Assembly (NCBI RefSeq): GCF_036321535.1
Contig: NC_087437.1
Coordinates: forward strand, 66,528,001-66,592,000
Length of the DNA: 64,000 nucleotides
Source: Camelus dromedarius
Lineage: Eukaryota
Direction: 5' to 3'
Positions 15,881 through 30,994 of the stretch are shown one piece after another. The position numbers were made by a program, and so were the translations under genes. Numbering within the stretch: the stretch's first letter is position 1; each line of letters opens with the position of its first letter. Under the pieces are notes generated by a model that did not search any database, was not told the origin of the DNA, and saw only the letters and a program-made list of their open reading frames with translations.

Positions 15881-17479
15881 AAGAATTAAAAAAAACAATA
15901 ACTAAATATGACAAAAAAGAGAGACTTCCATCATGCAGAACAGTCAAAGGCAAAGAGAGGTGCTTATATATGAGTACAGTATGTACAGCTTAGCTCAAAG
16001 AAAAATGAATTTCAAGCCAATTAAAAAGAAGTGTCTATTTGTGGCAGAACAGTACTTTAAATTGTTTCTAATGCTGAATTCTAACAGGTATTGAAATCAT
16101 TTTCTCAGCCATTGCTATTAATTTCTAAGATATGGAGACAATATTGGTATTTTCAGTTTCTGTTTTCAGCCAAAATTATTCTACTATAAAAATTCTAGTT
16201 GAAGAAATAACTTCAAATCAGCTTTATATCATCCCCAATCATATGATTATCATTATAACACCATTAGCTTGAATCAAGAGAACAAATTATTGTTTTCGAA
16301 ATTACATAATTTCACATTTGACCCATCTGATCAAATGTGCTAAGATTCCGGCAAAGCCTGAGGAATCCTTCTGACTAAACTTTCTGCTGATTTGGGATCC
16401 TTCCAGCTGGGTCTGAGGAGACGGATGCAAAGGAGGAATGCTACTTTAACAGAGGTTCTAGGTAACTTCAGAGTACAGTGTCCTTCCCAACTAACATGTT
16501 CTTTTTCTCTTCATTTCAGCTGGTTTTAGGGAAGAGTAAAGTGCTCCTATTCATTCTTCCCCAATCCCCTCAACCCCAGACAACCAATGGTCTTTTATAA
16601 TTTCCATAGTTTTGCCTTTTCCACAATGTCATATAGTTGGAATCATACAGTATGTAGCCTTTTCAGACTGGCTTCTTTCTCCTAGTAATATGCATTTAAG
16701 ATTCCTCCGCGTCTTTTTATTACATGATAGCTGCCTGCTAAATGTATCCTTTTCTAATAGGAGGGTGTTCAAGTCTCCCACTGTGATAGTGGATTCATCT
16801 GCTTCTCCTTGTAATTCTATTCGTTTATGCCACATGTAGTTTGACACTGTCATTAGGCACATATACATTAAGAATTGCTATGTATTCTTGGAGAACTGAC
16901 CTCTTTATCATCAATGAAATGCTTCTCTTTATCCCTAATAATCTTCTTTGCTTTGAAATCTACTTTGTCTGAAATTATTATAGCTACTGCTGCCTTATTT
17001 TAATTAGTGTTAGCATGCTATATTTTTATCTATCCATTTGCTTTTTTGTTTTTTTCTATTATTTTTTATTGAAGTATAGGTGATGTAAAATATTACAAGT
17101 TATAGGTATAAAGTACAGTAATTCACAATTTTTAAAGGTTATACTCCATTTATAGTTATAAAATATTGGCTATATTCCCTGTGTTATACAATATATTCTT
17201 GTAGCTTATTTTTTACATAATAGTTTGTACCTCTTAATCCCCTATCTATGTATTGCCCTTCCCCCACTCAGCTCCCCACTGGTAACTATTAGTTTGTTCT
17301 TTATATCTGTGAGTCTGTTTCTTTTCTGTTATATTGACTAGTTTGTTGGATTTTTAGGTTTCACATGTGATAATCTCAGTATTTGTCTTCCTCTGTCTAA
17401 CTTCATTTAGTATAATGCCAAGTCCATCCATGTTGTTGCAAATGGCAAAATTTCATTCTTTTTTATAGCTAAGTAGTAT

Positions 17480-17481
<2 letters not shown>

Positions 17482-17541
<60 letters not shown>
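17482..17541 (+). repeat. (GT)30 microsatellite
   Basis: Perfect dinucleotide run inside the L1. Confidence 0.98.
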
Positions 17542-17543
<2 letters not shown>

Positions 17544-18364
17544 CTCCCATGTTTTTAATCCATTTAACTGTTGATGGATATTTGGGTTGCTTCCATCTTT
17601 GGCAACTGTAAATAATGCTGCTGTGAACATTGGGGTACACATATTTTTTTGAATTTGTGTTTTTGGTTTTTTTTTCAGACCCAGGAGTGGAATTGCTGGT
17701 ATGGTAGTTCTATTTTTACTTTTTTGAGAAACCTCCATTGCTTTCCACAGTGGCTGCACCAATTTACATTCCTGTCAACAGGTACAGGGTTCCCTTTTCT
17801 CCACATCCTCACCAACATTTGTCATTTGTGGTCTTTTTGATGATAGCCATTCTGACAGGTATAAAGTGATAAGTCACTGTGGTTTTGATTTGCATTTTCC
17901 TGATGATTAGCAGTGTTGAGCATCTTTTCATGTACCTGTTGGCCATCTGCATGTCCTCTTTGGAGAAATGTCTATTCAGGTTTTCTGCACATTTTTAATC
18001 GAGGTTTTTTGTGGTTTTTTTTTTTTTTTTTTTGATGTTGAGTTGTATGAGCTGTTTATACATTTTGGATATTAACCCCTTATCTAAATAAGGCCATATC
18101 ATTTGCAAATATTTTCTCCCATTCAGTAAGCTGTCTTTTCATTTTGTCAGCTGTTTCCCTTGCTGTGCAAAAGCTTTTAAGTTTAATTAGATCCCATTAT
18201 TTTTGCTTTTATTTCCTTTGCTTTACTAGGAGACAGATCCAAAAAAAATACCACTATTGTTTGTGTCAAAGAGTGTTCTGCCGTTCTGCCTATAGTTTCT
18301 TCTAGGAGTTTTATGGTTTCAGGTTTTACATTTAGATCCTTAATCTATTTTGAGTTTATTTTGT

Positions 18365-18506
18365 TTGTTTTTTGGTCTTCTTTGGTGGGGAAGGTAATTA
18401 GGTATATTTATTTACTTCTACTTTTTTTTGATGGAGGTACTGGGAATTGAACCCAGGACCTCGTGCATGCTAGGCATGTGCTCTACCACTGAGCTATACA
18501 CCTGCC
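18365..18506 (-). mobile_element. tRNA-derived SINE (Vic-1-like) inserted in L1
   Basis: Same body as 12088-12240; TSD TTGAGTTTATTTT at ~18350 and 18507. Confidence 0.85.
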
Positions 18507-21252
18507 TTGAGTTTATTTTTGTAAATGGTGTTGGAGAATGTTGTAATTTCATTCTTTTACATGTAGCTGCCTGGTTTTCCTAGCACTACTTACTAAAGAG
18601 ACTGTCTTTTCTTCACTGTATATTCTTGCTTCCTTTGTCAAAACTAATTGACCACAAGTGGTTGGGTTTATTTCTGAGCTCTCTAATCTGTTCCAGTCTA
18701 TTCATTTACTTTTAATGTATGTGTGTCTTTATATCTAAAGTAGGTTTCTTATTGACAACATTATAGTTGGTTCTTGTTTTTTTGATCCACTCTGACAATA
18801 TCTGTCTTTTAATAGGTGCATTTAGATTACTGATGGTCAAAGTGATTATTGATAGTTGGGTTAATATTTACCATATTTGTTACTGTTTTCTATTTGTTAC
18901 ACTTGTTCTTTGTTCCTATTTTATCTTCCACTCTTTTCTGCTTTTTGTGATTTTAACTGAACATTTTATATGATTGCATTTTCTCTTCTTTATTAGCACA
19001 TCAGTTATACTCCTTTTTTAAAACTTTTTTTAGTGATTGCCCCAGAGTTTGCAAAATACAAATAACACTGTATCACTTCTCAAGTAGTTTAAGTATGCTA
19101 TAACAACAAAGTAATCCTAATTGTTCCCTTTTATCTCCTTTATCACTGCTGTCATTCATTTCACTTATATATAAGGAATTATCCAACTCCAGTCCCCTTT
19201 AGCCATCCTGTCCCATCTGAAGGGGAAGAAAAAAAACTGAGAAACACTCACAAAGTTCACAGTCCAGAGGCAAAGGCTCACTAAAAGAAAGGCCTAATCA
19301 TAGGCTGGCCTTGTTAAGAAGAACAGAGTACTCTGGCATATTTCAAAATGATTCCTTTTTCCCTCTTCCTGCCAGAAGCATGTGGGGATTTTTCTCCAAT
19401 ATTTACTGTGAGAACTCTGTTGGACTTTTAAAGGTAAATCACTAAATTCTGGGAGCCCCCCATGACTGGGTCCTCCTAGAGTTTTTCACTCTCAGAGTTT
19501 TCCACACTGAACCTCCAGCAATTTGTCAATTATAGTTCAAGTTTTCCTACCTGGGAATGGTACTCAGGGAAGTTTCTACTCATGACTGTCTGTTCTGGGT
19601 AGCTATTACTTGCTATATTTGCCTGTCTCTCTCATAATCTTCGGTTAGTGGCAACTTGCAAGCTCCTTGCAAGTGGAACTGGAAACCACTATTGAACATT
19701 TAAAACATACTAACTTTTTAGCTCTTCGCCATGATGCTTACATAGAGCCTAAAGTAAAGGCTCTAACAGCTAGCCATGGAAAGGGTATGGCTGGAGAAGG
19801 CCACTTTTCCCAGACAAATCCATCCCTGCTAACAAAGATGGAATTACCCTTCCTGCTCAAAAGTTCAACCCTGCCAGAATTCTGGAGTTGACTTCACACA
19901 GAGAATACTGATTCTTTCAGAAAAATTTCTAAGAAAGAAAGAGACTATCTAGAATGTCAACTGTCATAGTTTACCTCTCAATGGAAATCTTTATCCCTTA
20001 TGTCACAACCATTTAGTAAGAAGTGGAGAGACCCAGAGTTATCACTGTAGACCTCAGAACTCCCCAGAATTAACTGGACAACTTTTAGACCAAATACAAT
20101 TATAACCTCCAAAACAGGTGATCCAGTGAGCTTGCTTTTAAAGAATTACCAAAAGTATCTATAGGGAGCCACCTGTCTCACAGCTTCTCCTTTGTTCATA
20201 CAAAGCATTTCATAGAAAACAAGCCTGCAGTTGTTTCCAAGTAAAGTGAAAACACACAAAGTTACTCTGTCAAGGGAGACAACAGAGGATCTTTTCTCCG
20301 TCCACATAAGAGCCAAAGGTATCCATACACAGTCTTGAAAACTTAGGGGCAAACTGGGAAAATAGTTGGCACTTATCGTGAGGATTACAGACATTTGATA
20401 ACATATATCCTATCATAAGATGTTGTATCATTAGGAGTAACCATATCTTTAAATGCATGTTTGAAAGCCAAGCCCTATCTAACTTTCTATTCAGATGTCT
20501 GAGACAGTAAAAAAAGGTTTCCTGTTCATTTCATGAATACCTTGGGTTTTTTTTTTTTTGCTAATAGAAATATTAAGTTATATTGACACAGAAAAGAGTA
20601 GAGCAAAAATTAGATTTTCAATGGGACCTTTACCAAACCTGCTATCTTGCCCTAAGAAAAAAAGACCAGGGAACTGCACAATAATCCCAGATTTAGTCTT
20701 TGTCCTTTCCTTCCCTTTCACCTTGGTTCACACACTCTGTGGGACAAACACCATGTCTCATGTATCTTTGTATATCATATTGCCTTGTGTAGATCAGATG
20801 ATTATTAAATTATAAAATTCCAGTATTCAAAAAATATTTTCACTTATTAGTTTTCTTGATAAAAAGAAGAACTGTTGTCAAATAAGTGTGTGTTTCAGAG
20901 AAGCTGAAGAGGACATTTAAAGCATTTTCAAGTTTTATTTTTATCATAACTCATAATAAGAAATATATTTTAATACTATACCATTATACACATATGTATA
21001 TATGTATCTATCTAAAACAAAAGTTATAAGCAAAAAACAACTCACCCTCAATATATCTGATACTTTTGATTATTTTCGATTCTTTTTTGTGTTTTAAAGT
21101 GCTGCTTATGACCCACCAGAAGACCTTCCAATGGTTTGTGATCCACAGTTTAAAAATACTGATTCAAAGAACTATCTTCTGGAAGCAAATATGGAAGCAA
21201 ATAATAAATAAAATAAACTAGGGGAAAAAGTTTTAAAATAATGGTTACTTAC

Positions 21253-21309
21253 CTGTTTGCTGCATAAACAACATTGAATGGCGTATGTTGATAAAATGGA
21301 AGGAAAGGC
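21253..21309 (-). CDS. CFAP91: CFAP91 coding exon 5
   Basis: TAG / GTAAGT; 57 nt; PFLPFYQHTPFNVVYAAN. Confidence 0.93.
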
Positions 21310-21425
21310 CTAGAGGAGAAAGGAAAACACAAACATATGGGACTTTTGCATTGTGTGCACTCTGAGCATTCTTCCAATGCTAATATTTGTTCCTTGAAAT
21401 CAGTGAGTTTGATTATCTCGTATGG

Positions 21426-21615
21426 CAGTAATCCTCAAACTTTGGTATACACGAAATCACTGGGGACCGGGAAGATTCTTATTTAGAATGCAAATTCCCA
21501 GGTCTAGCCCAGAAGATTCAGCAGATACAAGATAGAGCCAATGAATCTGCATTTTGAATAAACATCCCAGGGTTTTCTCTGCAGATGGGAAACAAGCCAC
21601 ACTCTGAGAAACAGT
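21426..21615. mobile_element. MER5-like DNA transposon relic
   Basis: CAGTAATCCTCAAACTTTG...CACACTCTGAGAAACAGTG. Confidence 0.65.
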
Positions 21616-22426
21616 GCCCAATACTTGGGCTTCAGCTGGTTGGTAGCATCCAGCAACTTCTCAAGTTTCCTGAGCCATTCTGAAATTCCCAGTGATTTAG
21701 TTTAACAAACTTCCCCACAAAAGTCTAGGAATTGAGTATAGTACATCAAGAATTTAACATTTCTCTGAAAAAATCAGCATCATAAAACTTCCACAAGGAG
21801 GTTGCTCATAAAAAATGTGGATTACAAACTTACTTTCTCAAATACATTTATGATATCAAGACAATTTTGCTGACACAGGTAAGACCTATAGGGAAATCTT
21901 CATCTTATTTTAATCTGATCTGAGTCTATGATTATCATATGAATATTAATCACAATGAAACAAAGTGAATCTTTTGACCATGTTGGTTTGGCAACATTCA
22001 CACAAAGAGAGCAAGTGTCACCTATTTGGCCACTTTTAACAATTTCCCCTGCACTCTGGCTGTCATGGTGTCTCTGCTGTATCTCACTTCTTCCGTGACT
22101 TCATTTTGTTCTCAAACATACATTCCTATTTGCAGTACCTCCAAGGTCAGGCAGACCTAGTTGGAATCCCAGCTCTGCCACTTGATAATTTTTGTGACCT
22201 TAAGCAATGTACTTCTCCTCTCTTGGTCTCAGTTTCCTTACTGATAAAATGGGGATAATATATTCTCTTCCATACTTCTGTTCTGAAAATTGATTATTAT
22301 ATTCGTAAAGCACTTATAAAATGATGCCTGGCACACTGTATGCACTTAAAAATGATAGCTGCTATCATTATTACAAAGAAGTCTCTAATAATATTAGGGC
22401 TCATATTCCTTGGTAATTATTTCCTA

Positions 22427-22582
<156 letters not shown>

Positions 22583-23219
22583 CTATGTCTGTAAAGTAGG
22601 AGATACACAGGGTATCTCAGACTGAGAGCAAAGTCTTCTATAACATGCATTGGAGGGCCCTACATCTCAGACTAGAATAATTACTTTCCCTGAGCCAGGA
22701 AACCAGGAGCCAACAAGAGGAACTGCGAGCTAATACATGAGTAGATTTATGAAATCCCACATACAAAAATACCCACTTCTGGTTAATAGCACATGAGAAT
22801 CACAAAGTTTTAAAAAACAACTTTTTATGTCTAGGCTGTAAGGTAGCATTTTTAAAGGAGATTTTCTAGGTATGAACTTGTAAATAATTAAAAGAATAAG
22901 GAATTCAAGAGACTTATGTCAGAAGGTGCTTTAGCTACAAGTCTCCAAGAAATATTATTTGGGTACCAGTAGAAAAGAACACATGCAATTCCTAAGATGG
23001 ATCAAAGCAACAACAATTCAGTCACTCTACCTTTGGTGGCAAGTTGTCACTTAATATGCATATTCACCCCAACCTTCTGAGAACATCTACTAACCAATAA
23101 ACCTATAACCATTGCTTCTGAATCAGGCTCGTTTTGGTCCAAGGGGTTAAGAAAGAGATTTTGAGCTCAACTGGCCTAGGTATAATATAGCAATTTTACA
23201 ATTTAAAATAATGCAGAAT

Positions 23220-23465
23220 GGGGTGGGGAGGGATGAATTGGGAGCTCGGGATTTGCAGCTACTAACTCTACATAAAACATATAAGCAGCAGGGTCCTACT
23301 GCATAGCACAGGGAACTATATTCAACATTTTGTAATGGCCTAAGATGAAAAAGAATATTAAAAGGAACATATATATATGTATAACTAAATCACTATGCTG
23401 TACACCAGAAATTAACACAATATTGTAAATCGACTATACTTCGATATAAAATAAATAAATGTTAA
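23220..23465 (+). mobile_element. Short L1 3'-end insertion
   Basis: GGGAGGGATGAATTGGGAG...TGCTGTACACCAGAAATTAACAC...A-rich tail. Confidence 0.8.
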
Positions 23466-23558
23466 AAACAAAATAGCTCAGAATGAATAAGTTAAAATTT
23501 TAGGAAGAAAATGCGTTTATTAAAAACACGAGTAGCAGCCGAAGCTACCCGACACTTA

Positions 23559-23717
<159 letters not shown>

Positions 23718-24149
23718 CTAATGTTAGGGCAGGAATGTAGGGGGAAAAAAGGGACAAAATTACACCATAAGATTTTCTAAAGTACTTTACTATTGGTAAC
23801 TTTTAAAAGGTACAAAACAGTGTATATGGCATAGAAAGAGGGCTGTTGGTATATGCATAGAATATCTCTAAAGGATACTCAAGAAACTGATGACAATGGG
23901 TGATTATGTGAAAAAGGCTGAGGGTAGCATTTATTTACAGTGTATATGCTTCTGTACTACTTGAATTCCTTCAACACAAGCATGTATTACTTTTCTCATT
24001 GAAATAATTCAGGTTATAATGAGTCCTTTATTCACTATTAGTTAATTAATCCTCACATTGGGCCACAAGAATTAAGATACCTGGTCCCCTGTTAATCATG
24101 GCAAAACAACTTCTGCGGAATATAAAATCCAGGGGAGATTTGGTGATCA

Positions 24150-24416
<267 letters not shown>

Positions 24417-25289
24417 CTACTGCCTTATTCTGCAGCAGCTCATAGCCCTGTTACTCTGCCGCCAGTGAGAGTCTGTGAGACGCATTTCTCTTCTGTGTAT
24501 TTCAAAGTCAGTTTATGGACTCAAAATGCAAAAGGAGGCCAAACATGTTCTTAAGGCACCACCGTCTAAACAGGCTCTCTTCTCTCCTATGAACAAACTG
24601 CTTTCTGGGTCTGGATAGCCCGGGAAATCCTCCAAGAAGAAAAACCATGTATACATACACTACAACAATCTGCAAGTGAAACAGACAATAAATTTGGGTA
24701 CTACCTCCCACATTCAGTTCACAGGGAAGATACAAACTCTTAACAGTGTATCACCCAGAACTGGTAGACAGAGTAAGAAAATGTCACTCTCTAATAAGAC
24801 ATAAGATCAGCGATCTTCAGAATTCATCCCTTAAGATGGGACTAAGTTATTTCTCCAAAGTTCAACAAAAGACTGTCCTGCTGTTATAAGTAGTATTTGT
24901 TAGATCTGTCTTTAAAGTGATGAAGAATATTCATGATTGATTATACCACCTCTTAAAATCCAACGCTGTGACATTAAATTCACAAGTGGCCGTCTGATAC
25001 AGACTTTGATTTCTCAAGTACACATGACTTGAGACTTGTTCTTAAGTACACATCTCTTGAGAAACAAATATCCTGACCAACTAGTCTAGACTAGTAACAT
25101 ATATATCTCCACAGAAATTAATAAATTGGTATTGTGATTTAGAAATAAGTCTCTCTTGAATTCAGATGATGAGTTAATTTCCAGAACCTAGTAACTCCTC
25201 GGTTACCCAACACAAATGATTTACTGGATGCAGACATCTGATAGTCCCACCAAGTTTGAAAAGCAACAGGAGGCTCAGACTCTGTTTAT

Positions 25290-26330
25290 TCCTTCATTCA
25301 GGAAAAAATTTTTTTGACTGGCTATTGTGTTTTAGGTGCTTGGAACACATCAGCAAAAAGGTAGATTCCTGCCTTCATGGGTGAGAGAGAATAAACAACA
25401 ACATAACAAATGAGAAAATTATATAGTATGTTAGAGGTAATAAGTGCTACTAACAAACCAAAGAGGAGAGCAGAGTAAGGGAGAATGGGTTGCAGTTTTA
25501 CAAAGGGTGGTCAGGGCAGGCCTCACTGAGGAGGTGACGGCTAAGGAGACTTGAAAGCCAGGGGTCAGCTCTATGTCACCTGGAGAAAGAGCATTACAGG
25601 CAGAGGAAACAGAGTGAAGGCCCTAGGACGGGAGCATGCCTGATATGGCTGAAGAACACCAAAGAGATCAGTATAGCTGAAACAGTGTGAGAGGGAAGAG
25701 GAGTAGATGAAACACAGAGAAGTTACCAGGGGCCTAGATCACATAGGACTTTGCAGGCCACTGAAGAGACTTTGGCTTTTAATCTGAGTGAAATGAGGAC
25801 CCTCTGTAAGATTCTGAGGCAAGGAGTGACAAAATCTGACTGATGTTTTAAAATACTCATTGTGGCTGCCCAGGTAAGAAGACTGCACGAAAGCAACAGG
25901 AGAGACATAGAGACCTATGAGGAGGTTCAGACAGTGATCTGGGGGAGACGATGGTGGTTTGCACTATGATGGTAACAACAGACGTAATAAAGTGGCAGGA
26001 TTCTACATATATCTTCAAGGCAGAGCAAAAAGTACTTGTGAACGGACTGGCATGGTGTGAGAGAGACAGAGGATGCAATGATGGCTCCACGATTTTTTGA
26101 CTCAGCAACTAGAGGATGGGGCTGGCATCAACTGTTATAGGAAGGCCTATGGTGGAGCAGGCTTGTGGGGATAACATTAGAAAAGCATGTTTGAGGTGTC
26201 TGTTATATATCCTAGTGGGATGTAAAGTAGGCAATCTGATATACAAGTCTAGAGATTGGGAGAGAAGTCTAGACTGTGGATACACACTGGGGAGTCATGA
26301 GCCTTTAGATATAGACTTCTTTAGCTGCAT
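25290..26330 (-). mobile_element. LINE-2 relic
   Basis: TTCATTCA start, CAGGCAGAGGAAACAG, GGACTTTGCAGGCCACTG and TTTGAGGTGTCT L2-type motifs. Confidence 0.75.
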
Positions 26331-26989
26331 CACCCAAATCTACCTCTGTGAGTTAAGTTGAGAAGCGATGGAAACTGGGCTTATCAGGAATGAAGAGGCC
26401 AGATTTTATGTCCTCAAATTATAGGCTACTTACTTTGAAGGCAAAATGAATACACTTGTTTAAACAGAAGGAAGAATATAGCTTCAACATCTCTGATATA
26501 CTGGGAATAGTATGGGGCAAAGTGAAATTTCCACATTATTTTGTTTTAAGTGATTTAAAAGATATCACTGGGTCAATGGTTGCAATTGTGCTGTTCATCT
26601 GAAATTAGTTTCACCCACATTTCCCCTAAGTCTGAATAATAAGTAATAAACCATTCTCCTCTTACTTCCATAAGGAGTATACGGACACATCTACAGAAAC
26701 ATTCTTGCTATCTACAGAAGATAATGACACACAATATTGTATGATGTATGACTATACATTCTGTAATGTATCCTACAACTCTGCTCAAAATCAGTGCTCA
26801 AAAGACAGTAGAGAGGCCTCTGAGATGCCCAGGTAGTAGCAGGCACCAGGTTATCACTTGCTCACTCCTAGACAAATATCAAGTGCTTCATATGCAATAT
26901 TCCTTTTAATCTCACAAAAACCCAATGAGGCAGGCCCTAGGCCTCCATTTTATAGGCAAGGAAACCGAGGCTTCAAGAAGTCAACAACT

Positions 26990-29449
26990 GGGGGGACAAG
27001 ATGCTGGAGTAGGAGGAGGTGAAGCTCACCTCTCCCTACAAACACATCAAAAATACATCTACATGTGGAACAATCCTCATGGAAAACTAACAGGAAACCG
27101 GCAGAAGAACTGCTATATAACCAAAGCTGGAAGAACTCCACATAACTGGGTAGGATGGGGGGAGTAGAGTAGAGACCTGCACCCCTGGGAAGGACCAGGA
27201 AGGAAGAGATGGTCCACACAGGTGGATCTTTGCCCCAGAGAGCCAGCGAGTGGAGCCACAATTTGGGCACCCTTGTCCTGGGATCCTGCACGGAGGAGAC
27301 AAGCCCCCTTACCTGCTGGGAAGTCCTTTGAGACAAACAGAAGAACTGGAAAAGCTTAGACTCTACCAACAAGGAGTGCATGCTTGCTAACAATCAGGGC
27401 CGAGAGAGACTTGCACTGGTGGCTGCCACCCTGTGGCACTCCCCAGTCTGAAGGGGCAGACACCCTGGCCCCATTCACTTAACACCACAGCCTGGTGTGA
27501 GATTTGGGCAGAGACTCGGTCTAGTTATGCGGAGGGCCTGTGGTGTGATCCAAGGCGAGCTGTGGCGCCCATTATCAGTGCGCACACGGGCAGACATGGT
27601 AAGCGCAGGCAGCGGGCAGCACCACAAGAACACGCAGCAGTGGAGCACTGAACCTCAGCCAGACAGGCCCTGGGCACGAGTACACAGTGGTTTGTTCCCA
27701 ACAAGAATGTCCCGGCTCTGCCCAGTCCACACCACAGCCTAGCCCCAGATCTGCGGCAGACAGGTCCTGGGAGAAGACTGCCACAAAGGCAGCCCAGATC
27801 TCAGGTGGCAGAGCAGCCACCCCAGTTCCTGCAGCCACAACACCCTGACCCCCAGCCCCAGCAGTCCTGAAGAAAAAGAACAAAACTGGAGGCATAACCA
27901 TTCCAGACTTCAAACTATCCTATAATATTACAGTAACCAAAACAGTGTGATATTGGCACAAGAAAAGACACATAGATCAATGGAACAGAGTAGAGCCCAG
28001 AAATAAATCCATGCACTCACAGTCAATTAATTTACAACAAAGGAGCTAAGAATATAGAGACAAGACGTTCTCTTTAACAAGCAGTGTTGGGAAAGTTGGA
28101 CAGCTACATGTAAATCAATGAAATTAGAACACTTCCTCACGTAATACACAAAAATAAACTCAAAATGCTCTGAAGACCTAAATATACGACATGACACTAT
28201 AAAACTCCTAGAAGAGAACACAGGCAAAACATTCTCTGACATAAATTGTAGCAATATTTTCTTAGGTCAGTCTCCAAAGGCAAAAGAAATAAAAACAAAA
28301 ATAAAGAAGTAGCACCTAATCAAACTGAAAAGCTTTTGCACAGCAAAGGAAAACATCAACAAAATGAAAAGACAACCTACAGAATGGAAGAATATATTTG
28401 CAAAGGAACAACCAACAAGGGGTTAACAACCAAAATACACAAACAGCTCATAAATACAAATGAATAATACAAATGAATCTATATACCAAAAAAAAAACCC
28501 CTCAATATTGAACAAACAACTCAATCAAAAAATGAGCAGAAGACCTAAATAGATATTTTTCCAAAGAAGACATAAATGACCAACAGGCACTGAAAAGATG
28601 CTCATCACCAACCATCAGAGAAATGCAAGTCAGAACCACAGTAAGGTATCACCTCACTGTGGTCAAAATGGCCATCACCAAAAAGTCTACATATAATAAA
28701 TGCTGGAGAGGGTGCAGAGAAAAGGAACCCTCCTACACTGTGGGAATGTAAATTGGTGTAGCCACCGTGGAAAACAGTATGAAGTCTCCTTTAAAAACTA
28801 AAAATAGAGCTAGCACATGATCTGGCAATCCCACTCCTGGGTATATATCCAGAAAAATGAAAACTCTAATTTGAAAAGATACCTGCACCTCATCATTCAC
28901 AGAAGCAGTATTTACAATTCCCAAGACATGGAAGGAAACCAGTGCCCATCAACAGATGACTGGCTTAAAAAAATGTGGCATTTATACATACACGTACATA
29001 CACACAATGGAATCTAACTCAGCCTTTAAAAAGAATGAAATATTGCCATTTGCAGCAACACGAATGGACCCAGAGAATATTACTTAGTGAAGTAAGTCAG
29101 ACAGAGAAAGACAAATATCATATGATGTCACTTATATGTGGAATCTAAAAAATAATATAAATGAATCTATATACAAAACAGAAGACTCACAGAGAACAAA
29201 TTTATACTCATCAAAGGGGAAAGGGAGTGGGGAGGGATAAATTAGAAGTATGAGATTAACAGATATAAACTGCTTTACATAAAATAGATAAGTAACAAGG
29301 ATTTACTGTATATTAAATATCTTTTAATAACCTTATAATAGAAAGTAATCTGAAAAATATATGTAATTGAATCATTTTGCTGTATCCCTAAAACTAACAC
29401 AATATGGTAAATCAACTATACTCCACGAAATTAATTAAAAAATAAAATA
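26990..29449 (+). mobile_element. Internally deleted LINE-1 (5'UTR + late ORF2 + 3'UTR) inserted in a MIR
   Basis: Starts GGGGGGACAAGATG; ~870 nt GC-rich 5'UTR-like block; ORF2 resumes at ~27862; poly-A tail; TSD 26975-26989 / 29450-29464. Confidence 0.85.
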
Positions 29450-30778
29450 AAGAAATTAGCAACTTATTGATTGGCAGTTAAGATTTGAACACCAATCCTT
29501 CTAGCCCCAGGCTTAATGTTATCAAAAGCCCGTGAATTTTATGGGGGAAATTTTCCCATGAAAATCATGAAAGAGCCCGTCAACCAATTTGCCTGTGTTG
29601 TGGAAACAGTTCTAACATAGAAGTTGTCACAACCAAATAATGGTGAGAGAGAGGAAGTGTTTCAAAACTCAAGACATAATGATTTCTTTTAGGGAACAGT
29701 ATAAAAAATTGCAGATTCTGGGGGGAAAGAAAGGAAGAAAGAGCTCATGATAAACTCAGAAAGTATTTTAAAATATTTTTGGAAGCTGGGGAAAATATAT
29801 CATATTTAAAAGACTTTAATTAGCAGGACAGTAGCATGGCTACTAATTCACCAACAAATGTACAGATGTAAGCAATCATCACACATTCCCAACGCCAGGA
29901 AATGGCTACCTTAAAGATTCCCATCCAAAGGAGACCCTGGGAATCCCAGAGGAGATACCACATGGTTAAAAGGAATACAAGATTCAGGTGAAGAGGGTGG
30001 GGCTACAGAGGGCAAAACTGGGGGAAAAAATCATGCTTTACTGATTATAATTATTGTAGTACTAAATTCAATCACTCAACAAATAATTCTCAATAAATTA
30101 TTAGGCACATAAGTACCAGTACTGGAATAGGTGCTGAGAAGGCTACAAAAATGTACGGAAGAACTTAAAGAACTCAGGGAAATTACGGTCTAGTAGAAGA
30201 GACAGAACATAAATGAACATAAAGCCAGGGCTTTAAAATAAACTGGGGCTTTACTGGCCTAAAGGAACTAGCGGACCTAGTTTATAAAAGATATTTTGAT
30301 GGATAAAAATAAGGTTAAAGAAAAAGGGAAACCTAAAAACAAAGGTGAGATAAACTAGCCCTTCTTCACTAGAATGCCAAATTTGGAGTTGCCCAGAGAA
30401 TGGAAGCGGGAAGGTCATTCTATTTGGGCATTTTATGCAATTTGAAAGCAGGCGTATTAAGTGAATCTCCAAGCCTGCAAATCATTGCACTTTACTGGAT
30501 ACCAAAATCCCAAGAACTGGTTTTAGGAAAATCGCTTAGCGCAAGTTAGTAGGAAAAGAAGAGTCAGGTGGCCCCGCTGGGTGCTCTGAGAAGCAGAGCA
30601 CACCTGTGGCTTCCAAGACGCCTCTGAGAGCACCGCCACCTGGAGGGCTTGAAGCTGCTCCCACCCAAAAAAACACAATCGCGGGCAAGGGATCTGTCCT
30701 GAGGCTTGTCTTGTCGACCGCGCTTCTGACCAGGTCCCACCGTCTCGAAGCCTATATGGCCCAGGAGTCGACAACTCA

Positions 30779-30943
<165 letters not shown>

Positions 30944-30994
30944 TCACTGTGGCTAGCCGGTATAAACTAGTGAGACTTAGCTGCTCTGTGCACC

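Larger units (their letters stand above)
17046..18697 (-). mobile_element. 5'-truncated LINE-1 nested in an older L1 (~16560-19640)
   Basis: Late ORF2 + 3'UTR on the minus strand; flanked by TCTATCCATTTGCTTTT (17029-17045) and TCTATTCATTTACTTTT (from 18698). Confidence 0.88.

Noticed and set aside
19650..20500. Apparently unique, moderately complex intronic stretch with short ORFs
   Set aside because: No recognisable protein or repeat and no phase-compatible exon needed (exons 5 and 6 already join in frame); BLASTX/Dfam would be needed to say more.
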